A stretch of DNA of 64,000 nt from Candidatus Sulfotelmatobacter sp. (GCA_049584315.1 JBAUXO010000355.1:87558-151557); one strand, 5' to 3'; positions 10,953 to 20,047 are shown, counted from the stretch's first letter. Made by a program: numbers and translations. Notes: generated from the letters alone by a model not told the origin.

Positions 10953-11016
10953 CGGAGTCACTGCGCAGGGAGGAATCCATGTTCACCGAAGTGTTCTTGC
11001 TGTTTTATTGTTGTTG

Positions 11017-11448
11017 ATGAGCTTCGTCTTGGTGATGCCGGGCATCGCGCAAAAATCTGAAACCGAGAAAGAAATCCTTGCTCTGGAAGATAAGATGAAC
11101 GCGGCCTACGCTGCCAACGACCTTCCGACATACTTCGCTTACTACGCCGATGATTTCACTCAGTGGCTTCCCGAGGGGCGAACCGATCTGCCGCAATATA
11201 AGAAGGAGTGGACGGAATTTATCCGCAGCGGGGGGAAGATCGAATCGGATCAGATTTGCGACATGCACCTACAGGTCTGCCTCGCTGGGGACACCGTGGT
11301 TGCAAGCTACCTTTTACATGTCAGCACCCGATCGCCGAAAGGCCAGGTCAGCGATGACGACTTCCACGAGTCCGACGTCTGCTTCAAGCGTGATGGAGTC
11401 TGGAAGGTCGTACATCTGCATTATTCGCCTGCGCCGAAGAAGAAGTGA
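11017..11448 (+). CDS. Secreted NTF2-fold (SnoaL/DUF4440-like) protein
   Basis: Distal part of ORF 10765..11448. A hydrophobic leader MSFVLVMPGIAQ is followed by EKEILALEDKMNAAYAANDLPTYFAYYADDFTQW...DGVWKVVHLHYS. The start is uncertain (ATG 11017 or TTG 11008). The GGAGG at 10968 is instead followed by an out-of-frame 12-codon mini-ORF at 10979. Confidence 0.6.
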   Translation: MSFVLVMPGIAQKSETEKEILALEDKMNAAYAANDLPTYFAYYADDFTQWLPEGRTDLPQYKKEWTEFIRSGGKIESDQICDMHLQVCLAGDTVVASYLLHVSTRSPKGQVSDDDFHESDVCFKRDGVWKVVHLHYSPAPKKK

Positions 11449-11480
11449 TTCCCACTCTGTGACTTGGGGAGAACATAAGG

Positions 11481-13445
11481 ATGTCTGATTTCGAAGACCG
11501 CTACCTAGGTATGGATCGGCCGATCACGCGCCGGGATTTCATGAACGGCGCTGCTATGGTGATCGGAGCCGCCCTGCTTCCGACTGCTCGGGCGTTCGGC
11601 GTGGCGAATCCCCTGGAGCCGCAGAACGAACCCGGATACGATCCACCAGTCAAGACCGGCTTGCGCGGCAGTCATCTCGGTTCGTTCGAGATTGCGCACA
11701 GCTTGCGCGACGGCACCTTTTGGGAGAGCGCGGGCAAGCCGGTCGAGAGCGGCGAAACATATGATCTGGTGATTGTCGGAGGAGGAATCAGCGGGTTGGC
11801 CGCCGCTTATTTCTTTCGCGAGAAAGCGGGAAAGTCAGCTCGCGTTCTCATTCTTGAGAACCACGACGACTTCGGAGGTCACGCCAAGCGAAACGAATTT
11901 CACCTGGGCGGCCGGCTGCAGCTCTTGAACGGTGGAACACTCCTCATCGACAGCCCTACGGCGTACAGTCCAGAGGCCGATGGTTTGTTGAAGAAGCTCG
12001 GCATTGATCCTCCAGGATTCGAGGCGAGATACACAGACCATAAGCTCTATCGATCTCTGGGTCTCGGTTCTGCTGTCTTCTTCGATAAAGAGACATTCGG
12101 CGAGGATCGGCTGGTGGTGGGCTCTCCGGGACGCGGCTGGGACGATGAAGCGCCTGATAGCCCAGTAAGAAAAGCGCTCACCTGGACGAACTTCATGAAC
12201 CAGACGCCGCTCTCCCCTGAAGTCCGGCGCGACATTGTGCGCGTACAGGAAGCTAAAGTCGACTACCTGCCGGGTCTCTCTTCGGCAGAGAAGAAGGCAA
12301 GACTTTCAAAGATGAGCTATCGGGACTTTCTGCTCAACGTGGTGAAGGTGGACCCCGGAGTGATTCCGTTTTACCAGCGCCGCACGGAGGGAGAATGGGG
12401 AGTCGGAATTGACGCCGAGCCCGCTTTGGACTGCTGGGCTCTCGGCTTCGCTGGATTTCAAGGCATGGGTCTGCAGTCCGGTGCCGCACCGCACATGAGT
12501 TATTCAGCGGCTGGTTACGCCAGCGGCGGTTCGTATCGTTTTCATTTTCCTGATGGGAACGCTTCGATTGCTCGATTACTTGTGAGGGCGCTCATTCCAG
12601 AGGCTGTTCCTGGCCACACGGCGGAAGATGTGGTCACCGCCCAAGTCGACTACAGCCGCCTGGACCGAGAAGATGCTCCCTTAAGACTTCGCCTGAACAG
12701 CACGGTGGTCGGCGCACGCAATGTTGGAACGCCTTCTGCCGCTCAAGAAGTCGAGGTTCTCTACGCGAGTGGCAAGCAAGTGTTTCGAGTACGGGCCAAG
12801 GGGTGCGTGCTGGCATGCTGGAACATGATGATTCCTTATTTGTGCCCGGAGCTTCCCGAAGCACAAAAGGAGGCCTTGCATTACCTGGTCAAAGTGCCGT
12901 TGGTTTACACCAGCGTCGGCATTCGGAACTGGACATCATTCCAAAAGCTAGGCATTCAGCGCGTCTCTTCGCCGGGTTCCTACTGGTCCGATGTTAGCCT
13001 CAACTCCGCAGTGAACCTGGGTGAGTATCGAAGTCCCACGAACCCCGAAGAACCAATCTTATTGCATCTCAGTCGGGCTCCCTGCAAGCCTGGCTTGCCA
13101 GCCCGGGAGCAGCACAAAATCGGCAGATACGAACTGCTGACCACGACTTTTGAGACTTTCGAGCGGAAAATCCGTGACCAGCTCGCCCGTACTCTAAGCG
13201 CCGGGGGCTTCGAACCGGCGCGCGACATCGAGGCCATCACCGTGAATCGCTGGCCGCATGGCTATGGTTACGAGTACAACCCGCTATTCGATCCCGACTG
13301 GCCCGAAGACCAGCGTCCCAACGTGATCGGCCGCAAACCCTTTGGACGGATCACCATTGCCAACACCGATTCTGCGGCAACCGCCTATACCGATACGGCG
13401 ATCGATCAGGCATACCGGGCCGTGAACGAGTTATTGCGCGGCTGA
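11481..13445 (+). CDS. Tat-exported FAD-dependent oxidoreductase, SpdH-like, paralog 3
   Basis: 654 aa with an AAGGA RBS. Motifs: [72 protein letters not shown]. By eye it is closest to paralog 2. Confidence 0.85.
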   Translation: MSDFEDRYLGMDRPITRRDFMNGAAMVIGAALLPTARAFGVANPLEPQNEPGYDPPVKTGLRGSHLGSFEIAHSLRDGTFWESAGKPVESGETYDLVIVGGGISGLAAAYFFREKAGKSARVLILENHDDFGGHAKRNEFHLGGRLQLLNGGTLLIDSPTAYSPEADGLLKKLGIDPPGFEARYTDHKLYRSLGLGSAVFFDKETFGEDRLVVGSPGRGWDDEAPDSPVRKALTWTNFMNQTPLSPEVRRDIVRVQEAKVDYLPGLSSAEKKARLSKMSYRDFLLNVVKVDPGVIPFYQRRTEGEWGVGIDAEPALDCWALGFAGFQGMGLQSGAAPHMSYSAAGYASGGSYRFHFPDGNASIARLLVRALIPEAVPGHTAEDVVTAQVDYSRLDREDAPLRLRLNSTVVGARNVGTPSAAQEVEVLYASGKQVFRVRAKGCVLACWNMMIPYLCPELPEAQKEALHYLVKVPLVYTSVGIRNWTSFQKLGIQRVSSPGSYWSDVSLNSAVNLGEYRSPTNPEEPILLHLSRAPCKPGLPAREQHKIGRYELLTTTFETFERKIRDQLARTLSAGGFEPARDIEAITVNRWPHGYGYEYNPLFDPDWPEDQRPNVIGRKPFGRITIANTDSAATAYTDTAIDQAYRAVNELLRG

Positions 13446-13573
13446 TCGCCAGCGCGATTGTTACTTTGCAGAAATTGCACATCCGGAAAAGACCTGACGG
13501 TTCCCCCGCCTTCTGCCTTGGACGCAGAAAATCTCAATCGGTTCGTCTGATCGAAGGCATCGCGATTTTGGGC

Positions 13574-13603
13574 TTGACAGGGGAGATGTACTTTCTCTAA
13601 CCT
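13574..13603 (+). promoter_or_regulatory. Putative promoter of TBDR-2 with the shared block (TTGACA-N18-TAACCT)
   Basis: TTGACAggggagatgtacTTTCTCTAACCTTcc, followed by TATAGT at 13612-13617. Confidence 0.5.
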
Positions 13604-13728
13604 TCCCAATCTATAGTAGAGTTTGTGAGCCCTTCTAGCCCAAAGTTCTTGTCTGCTGCCTGCCGCGCAGTGCGTCAAGATGGCAACAGGTTCTTAGGCA
13701 TTCTTCGCGATTGCTTAGGAGACCGCTC

Positions 13729-16700
13729 ATGGTGCCGTGGAAACGTTTTGCGTTCTTGTTGTGTTGCTTGGCGTGTCCGCTTTTGGCATGGTCACAGACG
13801 GGTCTCACCTCATTGCGCGGCACGGTTACCGATTCCTCGGGAGCCGTACTTGCAGGTGCAGAGGTCAGCCTTGAGAACCCATCGACTGGGTTTCACATGG
13901 CCCACACCACGGACCAGAGCGGGGCTTACGAGTTTCCTCAAATCCCGCCCGGCGACTACACAATTACACTGACCAAAGCAGGATTCGGCAAGCAGGTGAA
14001 AGCCGCCGAACTCCTGGTCAGCCAGCCTGCGACGATAAATTTTGCACTCTCCGTTCAGGCCGTGACTCAGACTATCGAAGTTAGTGATGTCGCGCAGACT
14101 CTCAATACGACCGATGCGACCATCGGCAATGCTGTGAGCAATTCCACGATCGAGGCCCTTCCCATCGAAGGGCGTAATGCGCCGGACTTGTTAAGCCTGC
14201 AACCTGGCGTCGTGTACCTGAATTCCCGCGTGACCAATCCTGACGAGGACAGCAGAAGCGGGGCGGTGAATGGCGCTCGTTCCGATCAGGGCAACATCAC
14301 TCTGGACGGAGTTGACGACAACGACCAGAGGCAGGGTTACGCGTTCACTGGGGCGCTGCGGTCGACGCTGGATTCCGTGGAAGAGTTTCGTGTCAGCACA
14401 ACCAACTCCAACGCGGACAGCGGCCGTTCTTCGGGCGCACAGGTCACGCTTGTGACCAAGAGCGGGACCAATACTCTTCACGGCAGCCTCTATGAATACA
14501 ACCGCACTAATTTTGGGCATGCCAATAACTGGTTCAACAAGGCGGCTGAGATGGAGGCAGGATTGCCGAATAAGCCAGGCCAGTTGATTCGCAACACATT
14601 TGGGGGGACGTTCGGGGGCCCCATCAGGAAAGACAAGATTTTCTTTTTTATAAACTACGAGGGCCAGAAGACACAGGAAAACCAGCAACAGAGCCTGACT
14701 GTCCCGAATGCTTCATTCGCGGCTGGTAATGTCAGTTATAACTGCTCGGGCAGTCCGGGATGCCCTGCAAGTGGGGTTCAGACGCTGACACCGGCACAGG
14801 TCGCCACTATGGACCCGATTTGTACGACTACTTGTCCTTGGGGGCCCGGTGACGACCCAAACGCGCTGGCCACGTTTCGCGCCTACCCTGGCCCCAATAG
14901 TCCCGGGGGAGATGGGCTGAATACCGGCGGCTTCACCTGGTCCGCTCCCGCTCCTGCCCGGCTCAATACCTACATCGCTAAGTTCGACTATCAACTGAGT
15001 GATCGCCAACGTCTGTTTGTGCGCGGCAACCTGCAGGGCGACAGGAGTTCTTCGGCCCCGGAGTTTCCCGGCAATCCTCCGAGTGCGTCCGTCGTGGACA
15101 CCGCGAAGGGAATTGCCATCGGTCACACCTGGACCGTCAGCAGCACCCTGATTAATAACTTCCGCTATGGCTATATCCGCCAAGCGTTGAACAACGTGGG
15201 GGCAGGGAACAACTCCTTCTCGGATTTTGCGGGAATCAGCCCGCTAACCGCCGAAAACAATACCACCATCCTAGATGTCCCCGTGCAAAACCTTATCGAT
15301 GACTTTACCTGGGTCAAGGGCAAACACACACTGCAGTTCGGGGCAAACTACCGTTTGATCCACAACAACACGGCCTCGAATAACGTCTCATTCGGCTCGG
15401 CTTCGACGGGAGCGGCCAACATCAGTCAGGCTGCCATTGCGGGAACCGGCCAGAGCTTTGATCCCGAGGCGTTTGGTTTCCCAGCAGTGTCTGGGGCCTT
15501 CTCCACCAGCTACGACAATGCAATTACCTCCATCGCGGGTTTGTTAAGCACCATTAACCTGCATAACAATTATCAGGTGACGAACTCAACCACCGCTACA
15601 CTATTGCCGACCGGTGCGATGATCCCTCGTGATTTCAAAGCCAACGAATTCGAGTGGTACGTGCAGGATTCCTGGCGTGTGAAGCCCAATCTGACGGTTA
15701 CGGCAGGTCTGCGACACACCCTTTTGCAGACTCCGTATGAAGTGCATGGGCAACAGGTTGCGCCCACCGTAGACTTGCACCAATGGTTCGCCAATCGCGC
15801 CACTGCCGCCGCTCAAGGGTTCGGGAATCAACCGGAATTCGCCTTTGCTCCTTCCGGCCAGAGCCGCGGGGGCAATGCGTACTGGAACGCGAACAAACTG
15901 AATTTTGCTCCCCGCTTCGCAGTCGCTTACTCTCCCAATCTCAAAACCTCGATTCGTGCCGGCGTGGGCCTGTACTACGACCATTTTGGCCAAGGGATTG
16001 TTGACGGTTTCAGCCAGTTCGGCTCGTTCGGCTTGACCAGCACGCAGGCGGCTCCGTCGAACATCTTCACGCCGGACGATGCGCCACGTTATACCGGGAG
16101 AAACATCGTGCCGCCGTTGCCCGGCGGCGCTCCACAACAAACGGTCACTTATCCCGCATTCCCTCCCGATAATCCCAACACGACCGGGTTTACCTTCAAC
16201 TCGAATGGAATCGATGGCCAAATCAACACCCCCTACTCCATGGCGGCGGATTTCTCCGTCCAGCGGCAGCTAGGCAAGGGATGGACGTTCGAAGCTGCCT
16301 ACGTGGGCCGGTTTGGCCGCCACCTCCTGCAGCAGCGCGATCTGGCCGCTGGTACTGATCTTGTGGATCCAAAGTCCGGCATGGACTATTACACGGCGGC
16401 AACCTTAATGTCGAAATTTGCGCTGGCGCACGGTGAAGATCCGGGTGCCACAATTTCTCCAATTCCTTACTTTGAAGATCTATTCCCGACTGCGGCGGCA
16501 GGCGGGTTTAGCGCGTCCCAGAATATTTACACGGGCTCCGGCGGCACCAACGCTTGTCCTTCGGGTTTCAGCTGGGCGAACCGGCCGGGACGAGAAGTCG
16601 GCGCGCCCTTCCGCTTGGGATTGATTGCGACTGCTCTTGCCAATGGAGGCGAGTCTCCTGTTTGTGCCGGGTTGCCGCCGGTGCCCTACTGGGACCCTCA

Positions 16701-17580
16701 GTTCTCCTCTCTTTTCGCGTGGTCGTCTCTCGGTACCAGCAGTTACAACGCTGGCCAACTCATGTTGCGCCATCCTATGAGTCGTGGCCTGCAGGTCGAC
16801 TTCAGCTATACCTATTCCAAGTCGCTCGATTTGGGTTCGGATGCCGAACGCACGAATTCGCAGGGGACGACGTCAACGACTACCCCGGTCGGCCAGGGCG
16901 TTAGTACCGTCCTGAGCTACATTGCGAATCCCTGGAACCCGGGGTTGAATCGCGCGCCGTCGGACTTCGATTTGCGCCATGTGATCACTGCGGACTGGGT
17001 TTACGAATTGCCTTTCGGCAAAGGAAAGACTTTCGCCGGTGGCTCAGGAACCTGGCTCGATGCCATTATCGGAGGCTGGCAGATCTCCGGCCTGAATCGC
17101 TGGACCAGTGGGTTTCCTTTTAGCGCCATCGATTCACGAGGTTTCACTCAGAACTTCCTTTTCGAGAGCAACATGGTGCAAACGGGCCCGGTCAGCTCGG
17201 GCGTATTCATGATCGGCGGAGCCCCGTATGCCTTTCCCAATCCAAGTGCCGTGGTGGCCGGGGTACAAATAACACCCGACGTTCCAGCTACCCTGACCCC
17301 GATGCGCTTCGCCTACCCAGGGGAAGCCGGAAGCCGCAACAACTTCCGCGGCCCGGGCTACTTCGGGATTGACATGGGTTTGGCGAAGAGTTGGAAAGTC
17401 CGCGAGCGCATGGACTTGAAGTTTGCTTGGGAGGTTTTCAACTTAACCAACTCGGTGCGTTTCGATACAAATACGAACACCTCACTGGATAATGGTTCCG
17501 ACGACGGCTCGTTCGGTTTGTACCGCGCGACGCTGACGGTTGAACGGGTCCAACAATTCTCGTTGAGGTTCGGTTTTTAA
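13729..17580 (+). CDS. TonB-dependent-receptor-like outer-membrane protein with carboxypeptidase-regulatory-like N-domain (TBDR-2)
   Basis: From ORF 13711..17580. The ATG at 13729 is preceded by AGGAGA. Signal peptide MVPWKRFAFLLCCLACPLLAWSQ. TSLRGTVTDSSGAVLAGAEVSLEN...YTITLTKAGF is CarboxypepD_reg-like. The protein ends FSLRFGF. Confidence 0.85.
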   Translation: MVPWKRFAFLLCCLACPLLAWSQTGLTSLRGTVTDSSGAVLAGAEVSLENPSTGFHMAHTTDQSGAYEFPQIPPGDYTITLTKAGFGKQVKAAELLVSQPATINFALSVQAVTQTIEVSDVAQTLNTTDATIGNAVSNSTIEALPIEGRNAPDLLSLQPGVVYLNSRVTNPDEDSRSGAVNGARSDQGNITLDGVDDNDQRQGYAFTGALRSTLDSVEEFRVSTTNSNADSGRSSGAQVTLVTKSGTNTLHGSLYEYNRTNFGHANNWFNKAAEMEAGLPNKPGQLIRNTFGGTFGGPIRKDKIFFFINYEGQKTQENQQQSLTVPNASFAAGNVSYNCSGSPGCPASGVQTLTPAQVATMDPICTTTCPWGPGDDPNALATFRAYPGPNSPGGDGLNTGGFTWSAPAPARLNTYIAKFDYQLSDRQRLFVRGNLQGDRSSSAPEFPGNPPSASVVDTAKGIAIGHTWTVSSTLINNFRYGYIRQALNNVGAGNNSFSDFAGISPLTAENNTTILDVPVQNLIDDFTWVKGKHTLQFGANYRLIHNNTASNNVSFGSASTGAANISQAAIAGTGQSFDPEAFGFPAVSGAFSTSYDNAITSIAGLLSTINLHNNYQVTNSTTATLLPTGAMIPRDFKANEFEWYVQDSWRVKPNLTVTAGLRHTLLQTPYEVHGQQVAPTVDLHQWFANRATAAAQGFGNQPEFAFAPSGQSRGGNAYWNANKLNFAPRFAVAYSPNLKTSIRAGVGLYYDHFGQGIVDGFSQFGSFGLTSTQAAPSNIFTPDDAPRYTGRNIVPPLPGGAPQQTVTYPAFPPDNPNTTGFTFNSNGIDGQINTPYSMAADFSVQRQLGKGWTFEAAYVGRFGRHLLQQRDLAAGTDLVDPKSGMDYYTAATLMSKFALAHGEDPGATISPIPYFEDLFPTAAAGGFSASQNIYTGSGGTNACPSGFSWANRPGREVGAPFRLGLIATALANGGESPVCAGLPPVPYWDPQFSSLFAWSSLGTSSYNAGQLMLRHPMSRGLQVDFSYTYSKSLDLGSDAERTNSQGTTSTTTPVGQGVSTVLSYIANPWNPGLNRAPSDFDLRHVITADWVYELPFGKGKTFAGGSGTWLDAIIGGWQISGLNRWTSGFPFSAIDSRGFTQNFLFESNMVQTGPVSSGVFMIGGAPYAFPNPSAVVAGVQITPDVPATLTPMRFAYPGEAGSRNNFRGPGYFGIDMGLAKSWKVRERMDLKFAWEVFNLTNSVRFDTNTNTSLDNGSDDGSFGLYRATLTVERVQQFSLRFGF

Positions 17581-17599
17581 GTTGCAGGTGGAGACGAGC

Positions 17600-18472
17600 T
17601 CAGAATGTTGGTGGAGTATTTACCCAGAGAACGGCAGCTTGCTTATTGGTCGGGTTGAACCAGCGGTGGCCACGGTTGCTCTCGAACCAAAAGCTGTCAC
17701 CCTCCTCCAGCAGGTGACATTCGACCTCATCAAGCCAGACTTCCAACGTGCCGTCTAGCATGTACAGGAAGTCCTCGCCCTGGTGCATGTACGCACCGTC
17801 GCTTCCCGTCCCTGGGGGAACTCGAATCAGCATGGATTCGAGCATCTTCGTGCCCGTCGAAAGCAGTTCCATGCGGACACCCGACTTCGTTTCCAGGCTT
17901 TTGCGATTGCGTGGCCGGATCACACGATTAGATTGCGCAGGTAAGTCATAGAGTTCCAATACCGTGGTGCCATATGCTGCTGCCAATCGGTAAATTGTGG
18001 CTACGGAAGGATTGGCACGAGAGAGTTCGATGGCGCTGAGAAAGCCTGCAGAAATGTGGGCCTGCCGAGCCGCCTTGGTTACGGTCAGGCCTCTTTTCTT
18101 TCGGAGCCGACGGAGTTTGTCACCCAGATCTGGAGTGGGCTTGACAGGATGCATTGACTTTCTAACACGTAGATCTGTTCCTAGGGCTTCCTTTATCCCG
18201 GGGACATTTAGTTTCTTTACGTCGCGCAGGTACTTGATGCGTTTTAGAACGTCGAGCAACTCGGGAGTATATAGGCGATAACTACCTGCGCTTCGCGCCG
18301 GAGTCACAAGACCCACGCCTTCCCAGAGACGCAATGTCGAGGAACTGATTCCCAGAATTCGCGCGGTCTGCCCCACAGTCAGAAACCGCACACTTTCCGA
18401 ATTAGCAATGCGCCTTGATTTGGGTGATTTTGGGCGTCGCAAGCAATTAATAGTAACCCCGAATATTACCAA
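17600..18472 (-). CDS. Three-module transcription regulator: MerR-type HTH + XRE-type HTH + C-terminal cupin (PuuR-like core)
   Basis: 290 aa. VGQTARILGISSSTLRLWEGVGLVTPARSAGSYRLYTPELLDVLKRIKYLRD is MerR-like. LGDKLRRLRKKRGLTVTKAARQAHISAGFLSAIELSRANPSVATIYRLAAAYGTTVLELY is XRE-like. HQGEDFLYMLDGTLEVWLDE...GDSFWFESNRGHRWFN is a cupin. Confidence 0.8.
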   Translation of the reverse strand: MVIFGVTINCLRRPKSPKSRRIANSESVRFLTVGQTARILGISSSTLRLWEGVGLVTPARSAGSYRLYTPELLDVLKRIKYLRDVKKLNVPGIKEALGTDLRVRKSMHPVKPTPDLGDKLRRLRKKRGLTVTKAARQAHISAGFLSAIELSRANPSVATIYRLAAAYGTTVLELYDLPAQSNRVIRPRNRKSLETKSGVRMELLSTGTKMLESMLIRVPPGTGSDGAYMHQGEDFLYMLDGTLEVWLDEVECHLLEEGDSFWFESNRGHRWFNPTNKQAAVLWVNTPPTF

Positions 18473-18519
18473 ATGTGAAATTTGCTGATTTGGTTGTAAT
18501 GTAACGGGAAAGCACGACT

Positions 18520-19255
18520 TAGGAGAATCTGCCGTGATGCCTCTGATTCCCGCAACTTCCTAAGGTGAGGCATCTTGAGGAGAACACCTCTGCACCTTTG
18601 CGTGCGCTGGCGACTCAACTGCAGACATCTTGGAACGATGCGTGGACCTTGGATACTACTGCGGCTTGAAGAAGTTGGGAAAGCCGGCAACAAGGAGAAG
18701 AACCCTTGTCGGGCACTATTCCCATCTCGCCACTAGGCCCATCTTGCCGTACCATGCCAGATGTCTGAATCATGTGCGGGCGCTCTCGCTGGTGGAAGCG
18801 GCGCAAATTACAGCGCGCAGCATTCCGGAATGGCGCAATAAGTACTTCCACCTGCGATGCGACGAGGAAGGAAGATCGTCAAGGTGGCGATGGCGCCGAG
18901 ACTGGCTATCGCTCTCTATTGGATGTGGCGCAAGGGATGGAATTACGAGTAGTCAAGAAAGTTCGGTTCGCACGCGGGCAAGCTCGGAACAGGCGATGGT
19001 ATGCAGTAGAACATCGAGAAATTGATTGATCAGCCCGCTCCTCTTCATCGAGGAGTTCGAAGTAGTAATCATGATCGAAGTTGTGACCGAAGAGATGCAT
19101 GGCTCGGACCGAGCTTCTGACCTGAACTGATTACGAGCGAGCCTTGGCTGGTATGGCACTTTTTTTTTGCGAGAGCGAAATGGCGCTCATCTGTGACTGG
19201 ATGGAGCAGTGTGGGGAAAAAGTACTTGACGACGCCGACATTGTAAGAGATGCCT
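18520..19255 (+). mobile_element. IS110-family element relic (left copy): 5'-truncated, frameshifted and nonsense-mutated transposase C-terminal part plus about 245 nt of 3' non-coding tail
   Basis: Pieces read across frames: LVEAAQITARSIPEWRNKYFHL / MRRGRKIVKVAMAPRLAIALYWMWRKGWNYE-TAG-SRKFGSHAGKLGTGDGMQ-TAG (ends 19009). No DEDD N-terminal domain is present. The tail 19010-19255 is homologous in inverted orientation to 30040-30283. The 5' boundary is approximate. Confidence 0.75.
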
Positions 19256-19324
19256 TTTTACAACAGTCTGCCTTCAAACTCCCCCTCGACGCAGGAGTAC
19301 CATTGTGTAGCTAAGGGGTCTGAT

Positions 19325-20047
19325 ATGGGCTTTCGTTTGGCAGCAACCCTTCTCGTTCTCACTGCCTCGTTCACCTTTGCCCAAAACAGCAAGCAGAGAC
19401 TCTGCGACGCTCCGTCGGCCACCACGGTCAAACATGATGGCGGAGTGATTGTAGAAAAGGTAATGCTCAGGGGTAAGTGGGGAAGCAACGGCGGATCCGC
19501 TTACCTTCCTGACAAAGACATTGCCGACGGTGCGATCGTGTTCTCGCATTCCGCGATTAACACGAACAACGGTTCGGCAGTTGATCTGCTACCGTTGGCC
19601 TTGACGCTAGCTCACGCTGGCGCAGCGGTTATCGTGCCCGCACGATCTCTGGCATGGCCACCGACCGATCAGTCAAGCAACCGCGAAGGGGCAGTGGTCA
19701 TCTGCGCCGAGCATTGGCTGATCGACCACACCAAAGTATTTAACAACGGTGAGCCCACGGTGAATGACAAGAACATTGTTGTGCGAGAGGGATATGCGTA
19801 CGTCGGCCCGCGAGTGTGCGACCCAACCGTTCTCGACCAATGCGACTTCATGAGCCCGTTTGCCTCGGAGGATTGCGCCCTCAAGCGCTACTGCCGTCAA
19901 AGCGTGTGGGTTCCCCTTGGCGAAACCGAAGGCGGCGATAATACACGCAGCATCATCTCCGACCAGGGATCAAAAACCGCAAGCTGGCTTCAGAAGAATT
20001 TGGGATTAGCTCCAATCAGGGCTGTGGCAGCTGCCGAGTCCTTTTGA
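19325..20047 (+). CDS. Secreted hypothetical protein
   Basis: From ORF 19250..20047. The internal ATG at 19325 has an AAGGGG RBS and gives signal peptide MGFRLAATLLVLTASFTFAQ. I recognise no family. Confidence 0.6.
   Translation: MGFRLAATLLVLTASFTFAQNSKQRLCDAPSATTVKHDGGVIVEKVMLRGKWGSNGGSAYLPDKDIADGAIVFSHSAINTNNGSAVDLLPLALTLAHAGAAVIVPARSLAWPPTDQSSNREGAVVICAEHWLIDHTKVFNNGEPTVNDKNIVVREGYAYVGPRVCDPTVLDQCDFMSPFASEDCALKRYCRQSVWVPLGETEGGDNTRSIISDQGSKTASWLQKNLGLAPIRAVAAAESF

Noticed and set aside
10979-11017. 12-codon mini-ORF (MFTEVFLLFYCC) directly after the only good RBS upstream of the NTF2-like gene
   Set aside because: It could be a coupling uORF, but it is too short to support. It is mentioned only as a caveat for the start-site call of the NTF2-like gene.
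18906-19159. Conserved antisense ORFs in both IS tails (MHLFGH.FDHDYYFELL..., MPYQPRLARNQ...)
   Set aside because: They extend antisense into the transposase coding region, have no RBS and unremarkable composition. Their conservation is explained by nucleotide-level conservation of the tail. They are kept only as an alternative hypothesis in the bridge-RNA finding.
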